A DNA stretch of 64,000 nt from Alphaproteobacteria bacterium (GTDB lineage: Bacteria; Pseudomonadota; Alphaproteobacteria; Rickettsiales; JABCZZ01). Below the pieces are notes generated by a model that was not told the DNA's origin, did not search any database, and saw nothing but the letters and a program-made list of their open reading frames with translations. Numbering within the stretch: the first letter of the stretch is position 1; each line of letters starts with the position of its first letter. The position numbers and the translations under genes are program-made. Shown one piece after another: positions 1-9,810 of the stretch. The stretch is from the NCBI GenBank assembly GCA_035906055.1, contig JAMIFV010000013.1, positions 2,535 to 66,534 on the forward strand, in the 5' to 3' direction.

Positions 1-875
1 TGAGAAAGCTGTATAAACTTAAAAACTGGTATTCATTGGAAGATGCTGCCAAGCGTCTGACGGTGACGCTGGAAGAAGATTTTTCCGTCAATGAACTTTT
101 GCGAATGGTAATTGAAGGCCATGTACCGCTTTCATGGTATATGCGCCATATTCCAGCAAGGGAAATGGCACCATATACGAAAATCTGGAATTGGGATAAA
201 GCAAGTCAGGTTCTTAAAAAGATTAGCGGCATTATAGAAGAACATGAACCTGACAAATTTCAGGTTTCCCCCTCCTTAGCGGCACAGTCGAAAGAAGTCG
301 ATTATCTGAATGGCATATATAGGCTTGACCTTGAAATGTCCGGGGCAATCAAGGACTGGATATTATCGCTTGTTACCAATACAGGCGGAAAATTAATAGG
401 CTTGGATGGATACTTCGTAAGAGATAGTGAGGGTAGCCTATGGCAAGTATTAGAGCAGTTTTCAAGAAAAGAGCAAAATGTGGAACGAGAAGCGTGTAAC
501 CTTCCTCCGCTTCCCATTGATTTAAGTAAATCCCCATTTCATCAGGACAATTATTATCCAAGTGATGGCTGTCCCGATGTAGAAGATTTGGGTATTACCA
601 GGCATGATTTAGAAGCATTTGAAGCATCACTAATTGATGCTCCATCACAAAAAGAGCGTCTGCTCAAAACAAATGAACGCAACACATTATACAAGCTGAT
701 TATTGGAATGGCGGTGGAAAACTATCGTTATAATCCCAACCTACTAAAAAGCAGTGCGGTAACGAATATTGCCAGTGCCTTGCAAAGAGCGAATGTCCCG
801 CTAAGTGATGACACCATCAGAAATAAATTAAGAGAAGCGGCAGAATTATTGCCTGAACCAGTAGGGAGACCCTAA
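1..875 (+). CDS. hypothetical island protein. The reading frame is open to base 3, so the ATG probably begins 1 nt before the window (a|TGAGAAAG = MRKLYKLKNW...).
   Basis: Long ORF in a low-GC region, open at the window edge. I recognise no motif. It lies upstream of the AlpA-like gene on the same strand. Confidence 0.5.
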   Translation, partial: RKLYKLKNWYSLEDAAKRLTVTLEEDFSVNELLRMVIEGHVPLSWYMRHIPAREMAPYTKIWNWDKASQVLKKISGIIEEHEPDKFQVSPSLAAQSKEVDYLNGIYRLDLEMSGAIKDWILSLVTNTGGKLIGLDGYFVRDSEGSLWQVLEQFSRKEQNVEREACNLPPLPIDLSKSPFHQDNYYPSDGCPDVEDLGITRHDLEAFEASLIDAPSQKERLLKTNERNTLYKLIIGMAVENYRYNPNLLKSSAVTNIASALQRANVPLSDDTIRNKLREAAELLPEPVGRP

Positions 876-971
876 ACCCAAAACCGAATTCGGAATAACA
901 TTCCCGAATTCGGCCACAACACATTTGTCCTGCATAGGATGGCTTCGTAACCTTTGATACGGAGTTATACT

Positions 972-1181
972 ATGACACACACTACCTCGCTTCCTGAAAC
1001 TGGTTTTATGCGGCTTCCTGCCGTGCTTGCCGTTATTCCCGTCAGTAAATCAACATGGTGGGCAGGGGTCAGGTCTGGCCGTTATCCCAAAGCCGTGAAG
1101 TTGGGGGTAAAAATTACCGCGTGGCGCGTAGAGGACATACGCGCTTTAATTGCGCAGCATTCTGATTCCGCTGGCCTGTAA
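972..1181 (+). CDS. AlpA-family (MerR-like HTH) prophage/island transcriptional regulator
   Basis: Sequence ...FMRLPAVLAVIPVSKSTWWAGVRSGRYPKAVKLG.. is typical of AlpA/Phage_AlpA. ATG at 972 is preceded by GGAG at 961-964. The ORF track starts at TTG 954. Confidence 0.8.
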   Translation: MTHTTSLPETGFMRLPAVLAVIPVSKSTWWAGVRSGRYPKAVKLGVKITAWRVEDIRALIAQHSDSAGL

Positions 1182-1196
1182 CACAGGCGATGTACC

Positions 1197-1709
1197 GTGA
1201 AGAAAACGCGCAAGCGCACCCACAACACGCGACTGATAAAGGATAATTACAGCTATTACATCGAGCAGATAGCTGACTTGTTCGGTATTGACGTTGCCAC
1301 GGTGCGCCGCTGGATACGCGAGGATGGGCTTGATCGCGTTCCTAATACACGTCCACATATAGTCCATAGCAGCAAACTGAAAGCGTTTATTGAAAGGCAA
1401 CAGGCGAAACGTAAAAAGCCCTGTGCCGATAACGAGGTTTTTTGTCTCCCCTGCCAATCTCCGCGCATACCTCTGGCAGGTAGCGGCGTGGTTGTTTCTC
1501 TCCCGAATGGCTGCATCAGCTTCAAGGCAAAATGCAGTAACTGCGGAGGCAAGGTTAATAGAAGCATTCAGGCAGCGCACTGGAACAAAAACCATCCACT
1601 TGCAGCGTTTTTAAGTGATGCCACGAGGGAACATAAGGGAGTGCAGCCAACGCACCGTGAATGTTCACTTCACATACAGGAGCAATTATGTCTGAATTTA
1701 ACCCCCTAA
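1197..1709 (+). CDS. HTH-domain protein with Cys-rich (zinc-ribbon-like) C-terminal half
   Basis: IEQIADLFGIDVATVRRWIRE looks like an HTH. CLPC...CSNCGG are paired cysteines. GTG start. The 3' end overlaps the integrase start by 22 nt. Confidence 0.5.
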   Translation: MKKTRKRTHNTRLIKDNYSYYIEQIADLFGIDVATVRRWIREDGLDRVPNTRPHIVHSSKLKAFIERQQAKRKKPCADNEVFCLPCQSPRIPLAGSGVVVSLPNGCISFKAKCSNCGGKVNRSIQAAHWNKNHPLAAFLSDATREHKGVQPTHRECSLHIQEQLCLNLTP

Positions 1710-2776
1710 ATGAACGTCTGAAAAAACAGTATGAAGATGCTTTACTGCACGATGCTTACCGTGAACAACGCACGGCAGATGCAGTATGGAAAGCCATAAA
1801 TCTGTTTGAACAATTTACAGGCAAAAGCGACTTTACCACTTTCAGCATGGAACAGGCTAAAGCGTTTAAGCGTTGGCTGGTGAAACAGGAAAATGGCAAG
1901 GGAGAATTACTTAGTCTCTCCACTGTACGCTCCACGCTTAAAATCCTGCGGGATTTTTTTAGCTGGCTGGCTCTACACCCCCAATATATCCGCAAGGTGG
2001 ATGGACGGGCGGCGGGCTATCTAAGGCTTTCCAATAATGCTGACCGGGCGGGACGTTCATCTAAAAGCCTGCCCGTGCCTACCGTGGAGGAAGTGCATAA
2101 AGTGCTGCTGGCCATGCCGCATGGTACAGAAATACAGAGGCGGGATAGGGCGATAATTGCGTTCATGGCACTTACGGGGGTGCGGGACGCGGCATTAATC
2201 AGCCTGAAAATGAAAGATGTGGATGTTGCCAAAAAAGAAGTATGGCAAGACCCTAAGCATGTGAAAACCAAGAACCGTAAAGCCATTTCCACCACCTTCC
2301 TGCCGTTTGATCCCCTGTGGCAGAAGATTGTGCTGGATTGGCTGGATTATGCCGTAAGCCAACTGGGCTTTACGCCTGATGAACCGATATTCCCCAAACA
2401 GGCGATAGTATCTAATCCTGTTACCCTGCAATTTGAGGTGACGGGTCTATCCCGTGAGCATCTCGCCAATGCAACGCCAATACGCCAGTTATTTCATGCG
2501 GCCTTCACGCTGGCGGGACTGCCCTATTATAACCCGCATTCGTTCCGCAAGATGCTGGCAATCTGGGCGCTGGAACATTGCACCCAACTGGAATTCAAGG
2601 CAATCAGCCAGAATATCGGCCATGAACATGCCGTGACCACTTATAACCACTATGGAACGCTTGATGACCATAAACGCCGCAGCGTTATCAGTGCCATAGG
2701 GACGGGCAAAACAGAGTTAAGCAACGTACCTATCGAGGTAATCATGGCGGAAATGCAGCGGCGGTTGCAGAGATAA
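1688..2776 (+). CDS. tyrosine site-specific recombinase / integrase
   Basis: Catalytic-type motifs LTGVRDAALISL, HSFRKM and GHEHAVTTYNHYG (R..H-x-x-R..H..Y). AGGAG RBS lies before ATG 1688. Confidence 0.85.
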   Translation: MSEFNPLNERLKKQYEDALLHDAYREQRTADAVWKAINLFEQFTGKSDFTTFSMEQAKAFKRWLVKQENGKGELLSLSTVRSTLKILRDFFSWLALHPQYIRKVDGRAAGYLRLSNNADRAGRSSKSLPVPTVEEVHKVLLAMPHGTEIQRRDRAIIAFMALTGVRDAALISLKMKDVDVAKKEVWQDPKHVKTKNRKAISTTFLPFDPLWQKIVLDWLDYAVSQLGFTPDEPIFPKQAIVSNPVTLQFEVTGLSREHLANATPIRQLFHAAFTLAGLPYYNPHSFRKMLAIWALEHCTQLEFKAISQNIGHEHAVTTYNHYGTLDDHKRRSVISAIGTGKTELSNVPIEVIMAEMQRRLQR

Positions 2777-2821
2777 AAGCAAACATTATGCAAGCTTGTT
2801 GATATTAATTACCCTGTCACT

Positions 2822-3154
2822 TCAATGCTTACCTTTCGAGGGAACTGGTGGTGGCATGACAGATTCGGCAGATTGCTCTTTCTGGCAAAATCGGCAGATA
2901 AGTGCCTCTCTTTTTATAATTTCTGCACAGAATGGGCATTTCTTGCCGTCCTCTGCCAGCCTGCGGGCATTCTCTGTATCCGGTCGCGCTTTCAGAAACA
3001 GGGAATGCAGTAGCGCAATCGGAAAGAAGAAAAGTCCATACACATACCAGACAAAGATGCTGTATCCTTTGTTTTTAGCAATCCCTGCCGGAAAGAACGC
3101 AAGGATGGTGGCCGTAATCAGCATTACTGGAAGGGTGTAATCTAGCGGTGACAT
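2822..3154 (-). CDS. small membrane protein with C-terminal zinc-ribbon (CPFC...CRFC)
   Basis: Two or three hydrophobic helices followed by CPFCAEIIKREALICRFC. Confidence 0.5.
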   Translation of the reverse strand: MSPLDYTLPVMLITATILAFFPAGIAKNKGYSIFVWYVYGLFFFPIALLHSLFLKARPDTENARRLAEDGKKCPFCAEIIKREALICRFCQKEQSAESVMPPPVPSKGKH

Positions 3155-3174
3155 ATTGGCGATTCCTGAAACCG

Positions 3175-3516
3175 TTAATCAATGCAAAATGTCTGGTAAA
3201 GGCCACCAATGCTGCGTTTCCATAATGTGCTACTTCCAGCCTCGTCTTCGGTAGGAATCATCCATACCTCATTGTCCGAATACATAAACTTGTGCCAGCC
3301 GCTATAGCCTCCGTAACCATTCTTGCTATTGATTTCTCCGCAGACAGTCACATGGCCTTCTTTCGATTTGTGAATGAACACATTGCGGTATTTCGTACTG
3401 GCCGGGTCTTTCAGTTCTTTTGCCATCGCCCGTTTGGCAGCCGCAATTGTTGGTGTATTCCCGGCATGGGCAGGCAGGGAAAGAAATAAAATAAGCAGAA
3501 TAGGAATATAGCGCAC
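3175..3516 (-). CDS. secreted hypothetical protein
   Basis: Signal-peptide-like RYIPILLILFLSLPAHA. I favour the GTG at 3516. The maximal ORF extends to 3594. Confidence 0.45.
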   Translation of the reverse strand: MRYIPILLILFLSLPAHAGNTPTIAAAKRAMAKELKDPASTKYRNVFIHKSKEGHVTVCGEINSKNGYGGYSGWHKFMYSDNEVWMIPTEDEAGSSTLWKRSIGGLYQTFCID

Positions 3517-3827
3517 ACTCGCCCCACAATCGCATAAGTTGGTGATCGGGCTGTTTGTAAACCGTAACAAGACGGTCACGGCGCTTTCGGCCAAAGACCT
3601 ATTATATAACGCCGTCAGCCCGACCGCATGGGTCGAGAGACGGCATCACTTCACGGCTGATGCTATTGCCGCTTGTTAAGAGGTTACAAAGCCCCGCAAG
3701 CGCCACTGCGCACTTGCAGACGAAAGCATAGGTAGAATCATATGGAAGTCAAACATAGTCTGATCGCATATAGAAACTTGTTTGCCATACAACTCTAACG
3801 GTAATAAGGTTATGACATTTCACAAAT

Positions 3828-6299
3828 ATGGAGATGACATTGTCCGTAAAAGATTTAGTAACGCCAATTTCCACGGTTGAGAAAGGCAACACATTTCGAG
3901 AACATGTAGCCAGAGTATTTAGTGCTGCTGGATGGGAAGTGGAAGCTACAGAATATAGGGCAGGTCACATCAAAGCCGATGCATTATGCTGGAATGTTAC
4001 CAATTCATTTGGCAGTACTTCCCGTCTTCTTGTGGAAGCAAAAGATTACAATGGCACTTTATCAAAAGATGAATGTCATAAATTTATAAATAATTACCTT
4101 CCACATGTAGGCCGGGGCACAGACAAATACGGAGAAGCTTGGTTAGTTTCCAAAGGCCCGATAGCGCCAGATGCACGAGAAATGGTGAATTCTAATCTTG
4201 GATTATATGCAATGGATTTTGTTACATTGCAGCGCCGTTTATTTAATGTAGATCGACTCATAGAATTGGCCGTAAACGAATATCGCAGAGAAGACATTGA
4301 TGGCTGCTTCATTCCCCCTCACCTTGTAAATGGCAATAGTTTACGCGAGCGGGTAATAAATTGGCTAGAAGAAGCTCGTGCAAAACCCCTTGCAATTATC
4401 GGAGCATATGGAACAGGAAAATCTACGTTTTCCTTACATTTAGCCGCATTCTTGGCCGAGCAGTCAAAACATGACCCCTGTAAACGTGTGCCTATCCGGA
4501 TTCCGTTAGCAGAAGTATATGATGAACAATCAATGGATGGGTTATTCGGAAAATTACTTGCTAGCCAGAATCGAATTCCAAACTATCACTTTGATCTGTT
4601 TTGTGAATTAAACGAAGCTGGACGTTTTGTCTTAATCTTTGACGGTTTTGATGAAATGAAGCACGGCATGACCATACAAACATTTGAACGTAATGTTAAT
4701 CGACTGCTATCTCTTGATAAAGGCAATGCAAAAATAATCATTCTTGGGCGTGACACTGCTTTGCATGACGAGCATGAATTCCGTTCAATAATTGATGGAG
4801 TGAAGCGTACCAGCAATGGAAACAATGTGCAGGTAGAAGGAAGACGGGCTTTTGAACCCCTTTTGCTTCGCGATTTCTCCGTACAAGAAGCACATGATTT
4901 TGTTCGCAGGTTCTTTCCTGTCCAAGCGCATAAAGTTGCAGAGGGAACTCACCCACTCACAGAAGAATGGATATCGACCAGAATTACTGAACTTACATCA
5001 GGCACCTTAGATGAACTGCTTGTTCGCCCTGTCCATGCCAGAATGTTATGTCAAGTGGCCACGCAGGATTCCGTAAATTTGAAACAACTTACGCGTTTTG
5101 ATTTATATGATTTATTTGTTCACCACCTGCTGGATCGTGAAACAAGAAAAAAAGTTCGGTATGATGGCTTTGACTTGGATTGTCGCAGATATTTTAATGG
5201 GGCGATTGCTTGGTGGTTGTGGGCATTAGGGGGGGCTTCTACCACTACTCTTGCCGATATTCCTGATAACCTGCTTAAAGAATCCACCAAAGGTATTCAG
5301 CATAGTTTTGCGGAACCCGAGTTACGGCGCGAACTTGCTGCAGGATTGTTGGTCGAGAAGAGAGAAGGTGAAGTTATTTATTTTGCGCATCGCTCTATTC
5401 AGGAATTTCTTGTAGCCGAGCATCTTATTAAAACCAAATTATTGCAAAGCACTGGCGCAGGAGCGCCAGATTTACGAAAAATCCTACCTCTCATGAACGA
5501 GGTGGTTCTGGACTTTCTGAACCAACATTTGGATAAGGATGAAACTGGCGTAGAACGTAAGGAATGGGTCGCGCTTTTAAGCCGACTGCTTGGCTCCGAT
5601 ATTACTGTATCTTGGTTGGAAGTATTCCGTAGGGCTGTGACCGGGCATGAAGAATTAATTGAAACTGCACCAGCCGCTTGGCAACCCGTATTAACTTTTC
5701 TGGCTGCAAACGGCGTTAGTGATTTACACATCCGTACAAACCCTGCAGCAGCCACTATCGAGCTATTGTTAGATAAGTTGGCTCAAACAAAAGCACTATC
5801 AGTACAAGCATCTATACTGATGTTGGCCGCTCGGGTAGCCCAAACAACAGAAAAGGTGGCAACATTAGTGCCGCGTCTGATAGCACGCTGCCTTCCCGCA
5901 CAAGCCATTGCGAAAGTTACGACAGAATTCAACAATAACAGAGCAAAAAATTACCGCTCCCATATTTTAAGAGACGAAAATGTGCCTTTCTGGACGTTCT
6001 TACGTTCGGTTGGTCTTGAAAGACAGAATACTGGTGAATGGTACTTTTTTATCGATTTGCGGAAGATTGAAGACGATATGTCGGAACTGGCTGGTTATAG
6101 TTTTACACGATCAGGCACACCACCAGCACCTGTAACAGTTAGCGAAAAGGATGTACGAAACTTTTTTCCATCAGGTGAGAACGGCAATATCATCAAACAA
6201 TTTGTGGCAAATGCTGAATTGCGAAAGCATGTAAGTCCACTGATTGTCCAGACAACTCCTAATAAAGAGAAAATGTCACTCAAAAATCATAAAAACTAA
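3828..6299 (+). CDS. STAND NTPase: N-terminal Mrr-like PD-(D/E)xK nuclease domain + NACHT NTPase + helical C-terminal region
   Basis: GNTFREHVARVF..IKADALC..LLVEAKDY is restriction-endonuclease-like. Walker A is GAYGTGKST. NACHT-type Walker B is FVLIFDGFDEM. HRSIQEFLVAEHL is a winged-helix motif. About 400 aa of helical C-terminus follow. Confidence 0.8.
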   Translation: MEMTLSVKDLVTPISTVEKGNTFREHVARVFSAAGWEVEATEYRAGHIKADALCWNVTNSFGSTSRLLVEAKDYNGTLSKDECHKFINNYLPHVGRGTDKYGEAWLVSKGPIAPDAREMVNSNLGLYAMDFVTLQRRLFNVDRLIELAVNEYRREDIDGCFIPPHLVNGNSLRERVINWLEEARAKPLAIIGAYGTGKSTFSLHLAAFLAEQSKHDPCKRVPIRIPLAEVYDEQSMDGLFGKLLASQNRIPNYHFDLFCELNEAGRFVLIFDGFDEMKHGMTIQTFERNVNRLLSLDKGNAKIIILGRDTALHDEHEFRSIIDGVKRTSNGNNVQVEGRRAFEPLLLRDFSVQEAHDFVRRFFPVQAHKVAEGTHPLTEEWISTRITELTSGTLDELLVRPVHARMLCQVATQDSVNLKQLTRFDLYDLFVHHLLDRETRKKVRYDGFDLDCRRYFNGAIAWWLWALGGASTTTLADIPDNLLKESTKGIQHSFAEPELRRELAAGLLVEKREGEVIYFAHRSIQEFLVAEHLIKTKLLQSTGAGAPDLRKILPLMNEVVLDFLNQHLDKDETGVERKEWVALLSRLLGSDITVSWLEVFRRAVTGHEELIETAPAAWQPVLTFLAANGVSDLHIRTNPAAATIELLLDKLAQTKALSVQASILMLAARVAQTTEKVATLVPRLIARCLPAQAIAKVTTEFNNNRAKNYRSHILRDENVPFWTFLRSVGLERQNTGEWYFFIDLRKIEDDMSELAGYSFTRSGTPPAPVTVSEKDVRNFFPSGENGNIIKQFVANAELRKHVSPLIVQTTPNKEKMSLKNHKN

Positions 6300-6322
6300 T
6301 CGCCTATGGAGCATATAAGCAT

Positions 6323-8629
6323 TTGTTGAATATTATAAAAAACCTTTTTCTCAAAACAAAAGAAAGTAGCGATTCGGTTGCTGAACCAACGTGCGTATCT
6401 GCTCCCCTAAAAGACACCGCACAAAATTTTGACTTCGATTCTGACCGCCCCATACATTCAATCGATCAGGACAGGCTTGGATTTGGCGCGATTGCGGAAA
6501 AACTGGCAGTATCTGTACTTAGTGCCAGTGCCAGCGAAGGGCTAGTCATAGGCATTGAAGGAAGTTGGGGATCGGGAAAATCCAGCATCCTGAATTTGCT
6601 ATGCCAAAATATTGAGAAGCATACAAAAGATGCCACAGTAATCAGGTTTGAGCCGTGGGTGGTGGGCGACCGTGATAATATGGTTGCTACACTCCTTACT
6701 GATTTGGCAACCGCAGTTGCCCGGCTTGATCGCGCAGAGAAAAAGACATTAAGTAACGATACGAAGGCTGCCATTGGATTATCAAAAACATTACGCAAAT
6801 ATGCTGCAAAAACCGGAAAAGGCATATCCCCTCTAATCAAATTCGCGTCCGTTTGTGGCATTCCTTACACTTCGCTCGTTAAAGACGGTTTGGATGCTGC
6901 CGTGGATGCTATGGAGGTAAAGGAAAAAAATACGCCCTTATCCTCACAAAAGCAGGAACTGGCAAAGGAATTGCGCGATTTCAAGCACAGGTTCATAGTG
7001 GTTATTGATGACATTGACCGCCTGGAACCGGCCGAAGCGGCAGAGATTGTGAGGCTTGTAAGGGCAGTGGGCGATTTTCCCAATATTGTTTACCTGCTGT
7101 GTTATGACCGCGATGTTTTGGCGCACAGTTTGGAAAACGCTATCGAAGTAATTGATGGCAAGGCATTCTTGCAAAAAATCGTTCAAATCAGCTTTCCAGT
7201 TCCCCGGCCGGAAGAATTCGATTTGCGCCGTTGGTTCTTTGAAGAATGCACCAACCTGCATTCGGTAGTGATAGGACAAGAATTGGGTAAGGAAGTTTCG
7301 GAACGTCTTGCAGCTGTTTGTGATACACAGGGGCAGTTGCTGCAAACTCCGAGGGATGTAGGCCATGTTGTGAATGCGTTGCGGCTTGTTTATCCGGCCA
7401 TAGCAAACAACGTGGATTTTGCAGACCTTTGCTGGCTGCAGATACTACGCCTTAAAAACGATGCCGTGTATAAATGGGTTGAAGAATACCTTAACGTCTT
7501 TGCGGCAGTGAAAATAGACCGCGCCAGTGTGAATGAAGGCGAAGAAGCAGCCCTAACAGATAGATTGGGCAAGCTGTTGTCGGATACGACAATAAGCACT
7601 TCACCACACTCTGTCTGGTATTTTGGGCAATACATTCCCGGTGTCGTACAAGGTAGTATGGGAGATTTAAGAGAAATTACAGTACTGCAGGAAGTTAATG
7701 AAGACGAACTTATTGAACTAGAAAGAAATAACAGGTTGGGAAGCCCACATCATTATCGCCTGTATTTTGCATTTTCCCAACCCGCCGGAACCTTGCATGA
7801 CACAGAATTAAGCACGCTCATAGATAATGCTGATAATGGCATAAGCATTGTTGACGAGCTTGAACAACTTGTGGATAAAAAGCGCCCGCAGGGCGGGACT
7901 ATGTATGAAGTGATGCTGGACAGGATAAAACGCATACCTGCCGGACAGTTATCACTGCAAGCAGCCCAAGTTATTCTTTCAGCGATTGGTGATACGGTTG
8001 ATAGGGCGCAGCATAATGAAAGAGAAGCAGGATTTTTTGGAAGAAAGCTGGTTTGGCATAATGCAAAAACAGTTTTCAGCGGAGTGCTTAAAAGAATCGA
8101 CACCAATGACAGAAAAACTTTTCTCGATGATTTCTTCACAAACCGCAAATCCATAGGATGGTTACTGGCGGAGATTATTGGAGACGAACTCTTTGCGCAT
8201 GGTAGAACTGGCAATAATACGCATAATTACGACAAAACCTTGCTGACCAAAGACGAGCTTGATGTTGTGATAAAAATTATGTTCTCGCGCTTGGCAGGTA
8301 CGGATCGCGACAATATTATTGGAGTGCCAAGTTCCGTGGAGTTTTTCTATCGCTGGCATCAGGCTGGCGGTGATGCTGATTTGAAACGATGGATGGATGA
8401 ACAATCGCAGACGGATAAAGGCTTCCTGACATTAATGGGAAAATGCCGGGGATGGGCTGCTTCTGGGAAAGAAGTGTACCATCCCCTGAACAAGCGCGAT
8501 TTACAAGTGTTTATGGATTTTGATCAGGCTGTGAAACGACTGCAAAGCATTTCGCAGGATATAAATAAGCCTGCCGAAGATCGGCATTTAGCAAAGGAGT
8601 TGCTTGAAGCTGTGCGTATCCGGGATTAA
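6323..8629 (+). CDS. KAP-family P-loop NTPase
   Basis: LVIGIEGSWGSGKSSILN is the Walker A. FIVVIDDIDRLEPAEAAEIVRLVRAV..VYLLCYDRDVL is the KAP signature. TTG start lies 24 nt after the NACHT gene stop. Confidence 0.8.
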   Translation: MLNIIKNLFLKTKESSDSVAEPTCVSAPLKDTAQNFDFDSDRPIHSIDQDRLGFGAIAEKLAVSVLSASASEGLVIGIEGSWGSGKSSILNLLCQNIEKHTKDATVIRFEPWVVGDRDNMVATLLTDLATAVARLDRAEKKTLSNDTKAAIGLSKTLRKYAAKTGKGISPLIKFASVCGIPYTSLVKDGLDAAVDAMEVKEKNTPLSSQKQELAKELRDFKHRFIVVIDDIDRLEPAEAAEIVRLVRAVGDFPNIVYLLCYDRDVLAHSLENAIEVIDGKAFLQKIVQISFPVPRPEEFDLRRWFFEECTNLHSVVIGQELGKEVSERLAAVCDTQGQLLQTPRDVGHVVNALRLVYPAIANNVDFADLCWLQILRLKNDAVYKWVEEYLNVFAAVKIDRASVNEGEEAALTDRLGKLLSDTTISTSPHSVWYFGQYIPGVVQGSMGDLREITVLQEVNEDELIELERNNRLGSPHHYRLYFAFSQPAGTLHDTELSTLIDNADNGISIVDELEQLVDKKRPQGGTMYEVMLDRIKRIPAGQLSLQAAQVILSAIGDTVDRAQHNEREAGFFGRKLVWHNAKTVFSGVLKRIDTNDRKTFLDDFFTNRKSIGWLLAEIIGDELFAHGRTGNNTHNYDKTLLTKDELDVVIKIMFSRLAGTDRDNIIGVPSSVEFFYRWHQAGGDADLKRWMDEQSQTDKGFLTLMGKCRGWAASGKEVYHPLNKRDLQVFMDFDQAVKRLQSISQDINKPAEDRHLAKELLEAVRIRD

Positions 8630-8789
8630 TAAATACCGCAACGGATCGAAAGCCTTCAAAGTAATACTATCATTACATTATGTGGGTGAAATTGCGGGTT
8701 AAAGCACAGTTCATTGTGCTGGTAATGTTTGGATTATAAAGTGTTAGCCTCTAATTGTGAATGCTGGCACCATGTAGGACATAGGACAT

Positions 8790-8862
8790 AGTGATGTGTA
8801 TATTGCACTTCTTGAAAACCTCCCTGTTTTCGCCTCGCTGCAGCGAAACTATGAACAGGCTC
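8790..8862. repeat. family-B repeat, copy B1. The right half is clear and the left half is degenerate.
   Basis: ...cttgaaaacctccctgttttcgcctcgctgcagcgaaactatgaacaggctc aligns with 19885-19940. Confidence 0.6.
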
Positions 8863-8920
8863 TAATATCAGGGGCAATAAAAAAGCTTACTCCTCTGTAA
8901 ACTATGCTTATAATGGCCGC

Positions 8921-9775
8921 ATGGACATTAAACATTTCTTTGACAGCGATACTGCCACCTTCACCTATGTGGTGAGCGACCCTTCCACCGGCAACTGCGC
9001 CATCATCGATTCCGTGCTCGACTACGACATGGCGTCGGGCAGGACGTCCACACGTTGCGCCGATGCGGTGATCGCTTATGTGAAAGCGCAGGGGCTGGAT
9101 GTGCAGTGGATACTGGAAACGCATGTGCATGCAGACCACCTGACCGCGTCGCATTACCTGAAGGAACAGCTGGGTGGCAGGATCGGCATCGGCGAGCATG
9201 TGAAGGACGTGCTGGCGTACTGGGTGCCGCTGCTGAACAACGGGCATGACACCCCGCTCGACGGCTCGCAGTTCGACCACCTGTTCAGGGAAGGCGAAGT
9301 GTTCGCCATCGGCAGCATTCAGGTGAAGGTCATCTACACGCCTGGCCATACGCCCGCCTGTGTATGCTACCATATGGGCGAAGCGGTGTTCGTGGGCGAT
9401 ACCATCTTCATGCCCTATGTGGGCACGGCGCGCACGGATTTTCCCGGCGCCAGCGCGGCCACGCTCTATAACTCCATCCAGAAACTCTATGCGCTTTCCG
9501 ATAACACGCGCATCTATGTCTGCCATGATTACCCCAGGGAAGGCGACAAGGAACAGTGCTTCACCACCATCGCCGAAGAAAAGAAGGCCAACGTGCTGGT
9601 GCATCAGGGCATAGGCAAGGCGGATTATGTGCAGACGCGCAATGCGCGCGACGCGGGTAAACCGGTGCCGCGCTTGTTGCTTCCCTCATTGCAGGTGAAC
9701 CTGCGCGCGGGCGGATTCGGCAAGCCGGAAAGCAACGGCGTTCAGTATATAAAGATCCCGGTCGATAAAGTGTAA
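8921..9775 (+). CDS. MBL-fold metallo-hydrolase
   Basis: THVHADH metal-binding motif. N-terminus FTYVVSD...CAIIDSVLDY is typical of the glyoxalase-II-like family. Confidence 0.85.
   Translation: MDIKHFFDSDTATFTYVVSDPSTGNCAIIDSVLDYDMASGRTSTRCADAVIAYVKAQGLDVQWILETHVHADHLTASHYLKEQLGGRIGIGEHVKDVLAYWVPLLNNGHDTPLDGSQFDHLFREGEVFAIGSIQVKVIYTPGHTPACVCYHMGEAVFVGDTIFMPYVGTARTDFPGASAATLYNSIQKLYALSDNTRIYVCHDYPREGDKEQCFTTIAEEKKANVLVHQGIGKADYVQTRNARDAGKPVPRLLLPSLQVNLRAGGFGKPESNGVQYIKIPVDKV
9727..9757 (+). repeat. direct repeat copy 1 (3' end of the MBL gene, encodes ESNGVQYIKI)
   Basis: About 26/30 identity with 11225-11255. The mismatches fall at synonymous third codon positions. Confidence 0.7.
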
Positions 9776-9810
9776 TTGTTTAATGGCATCGGGGGTTATC
9801 CCCGCTACCA

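Larger units (their letters stand above)
1..8800. mobile_element. integrase-bearing genomic island. The left end is outside the window and the right end is approximate.
   Basis: Visibly lower G+C than the flanking backbone. It carries an AlpA-like regulator, an integrase and defence-type NTPases. The right junction abuts a family-B repeat copy. Confidence 0.55.
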
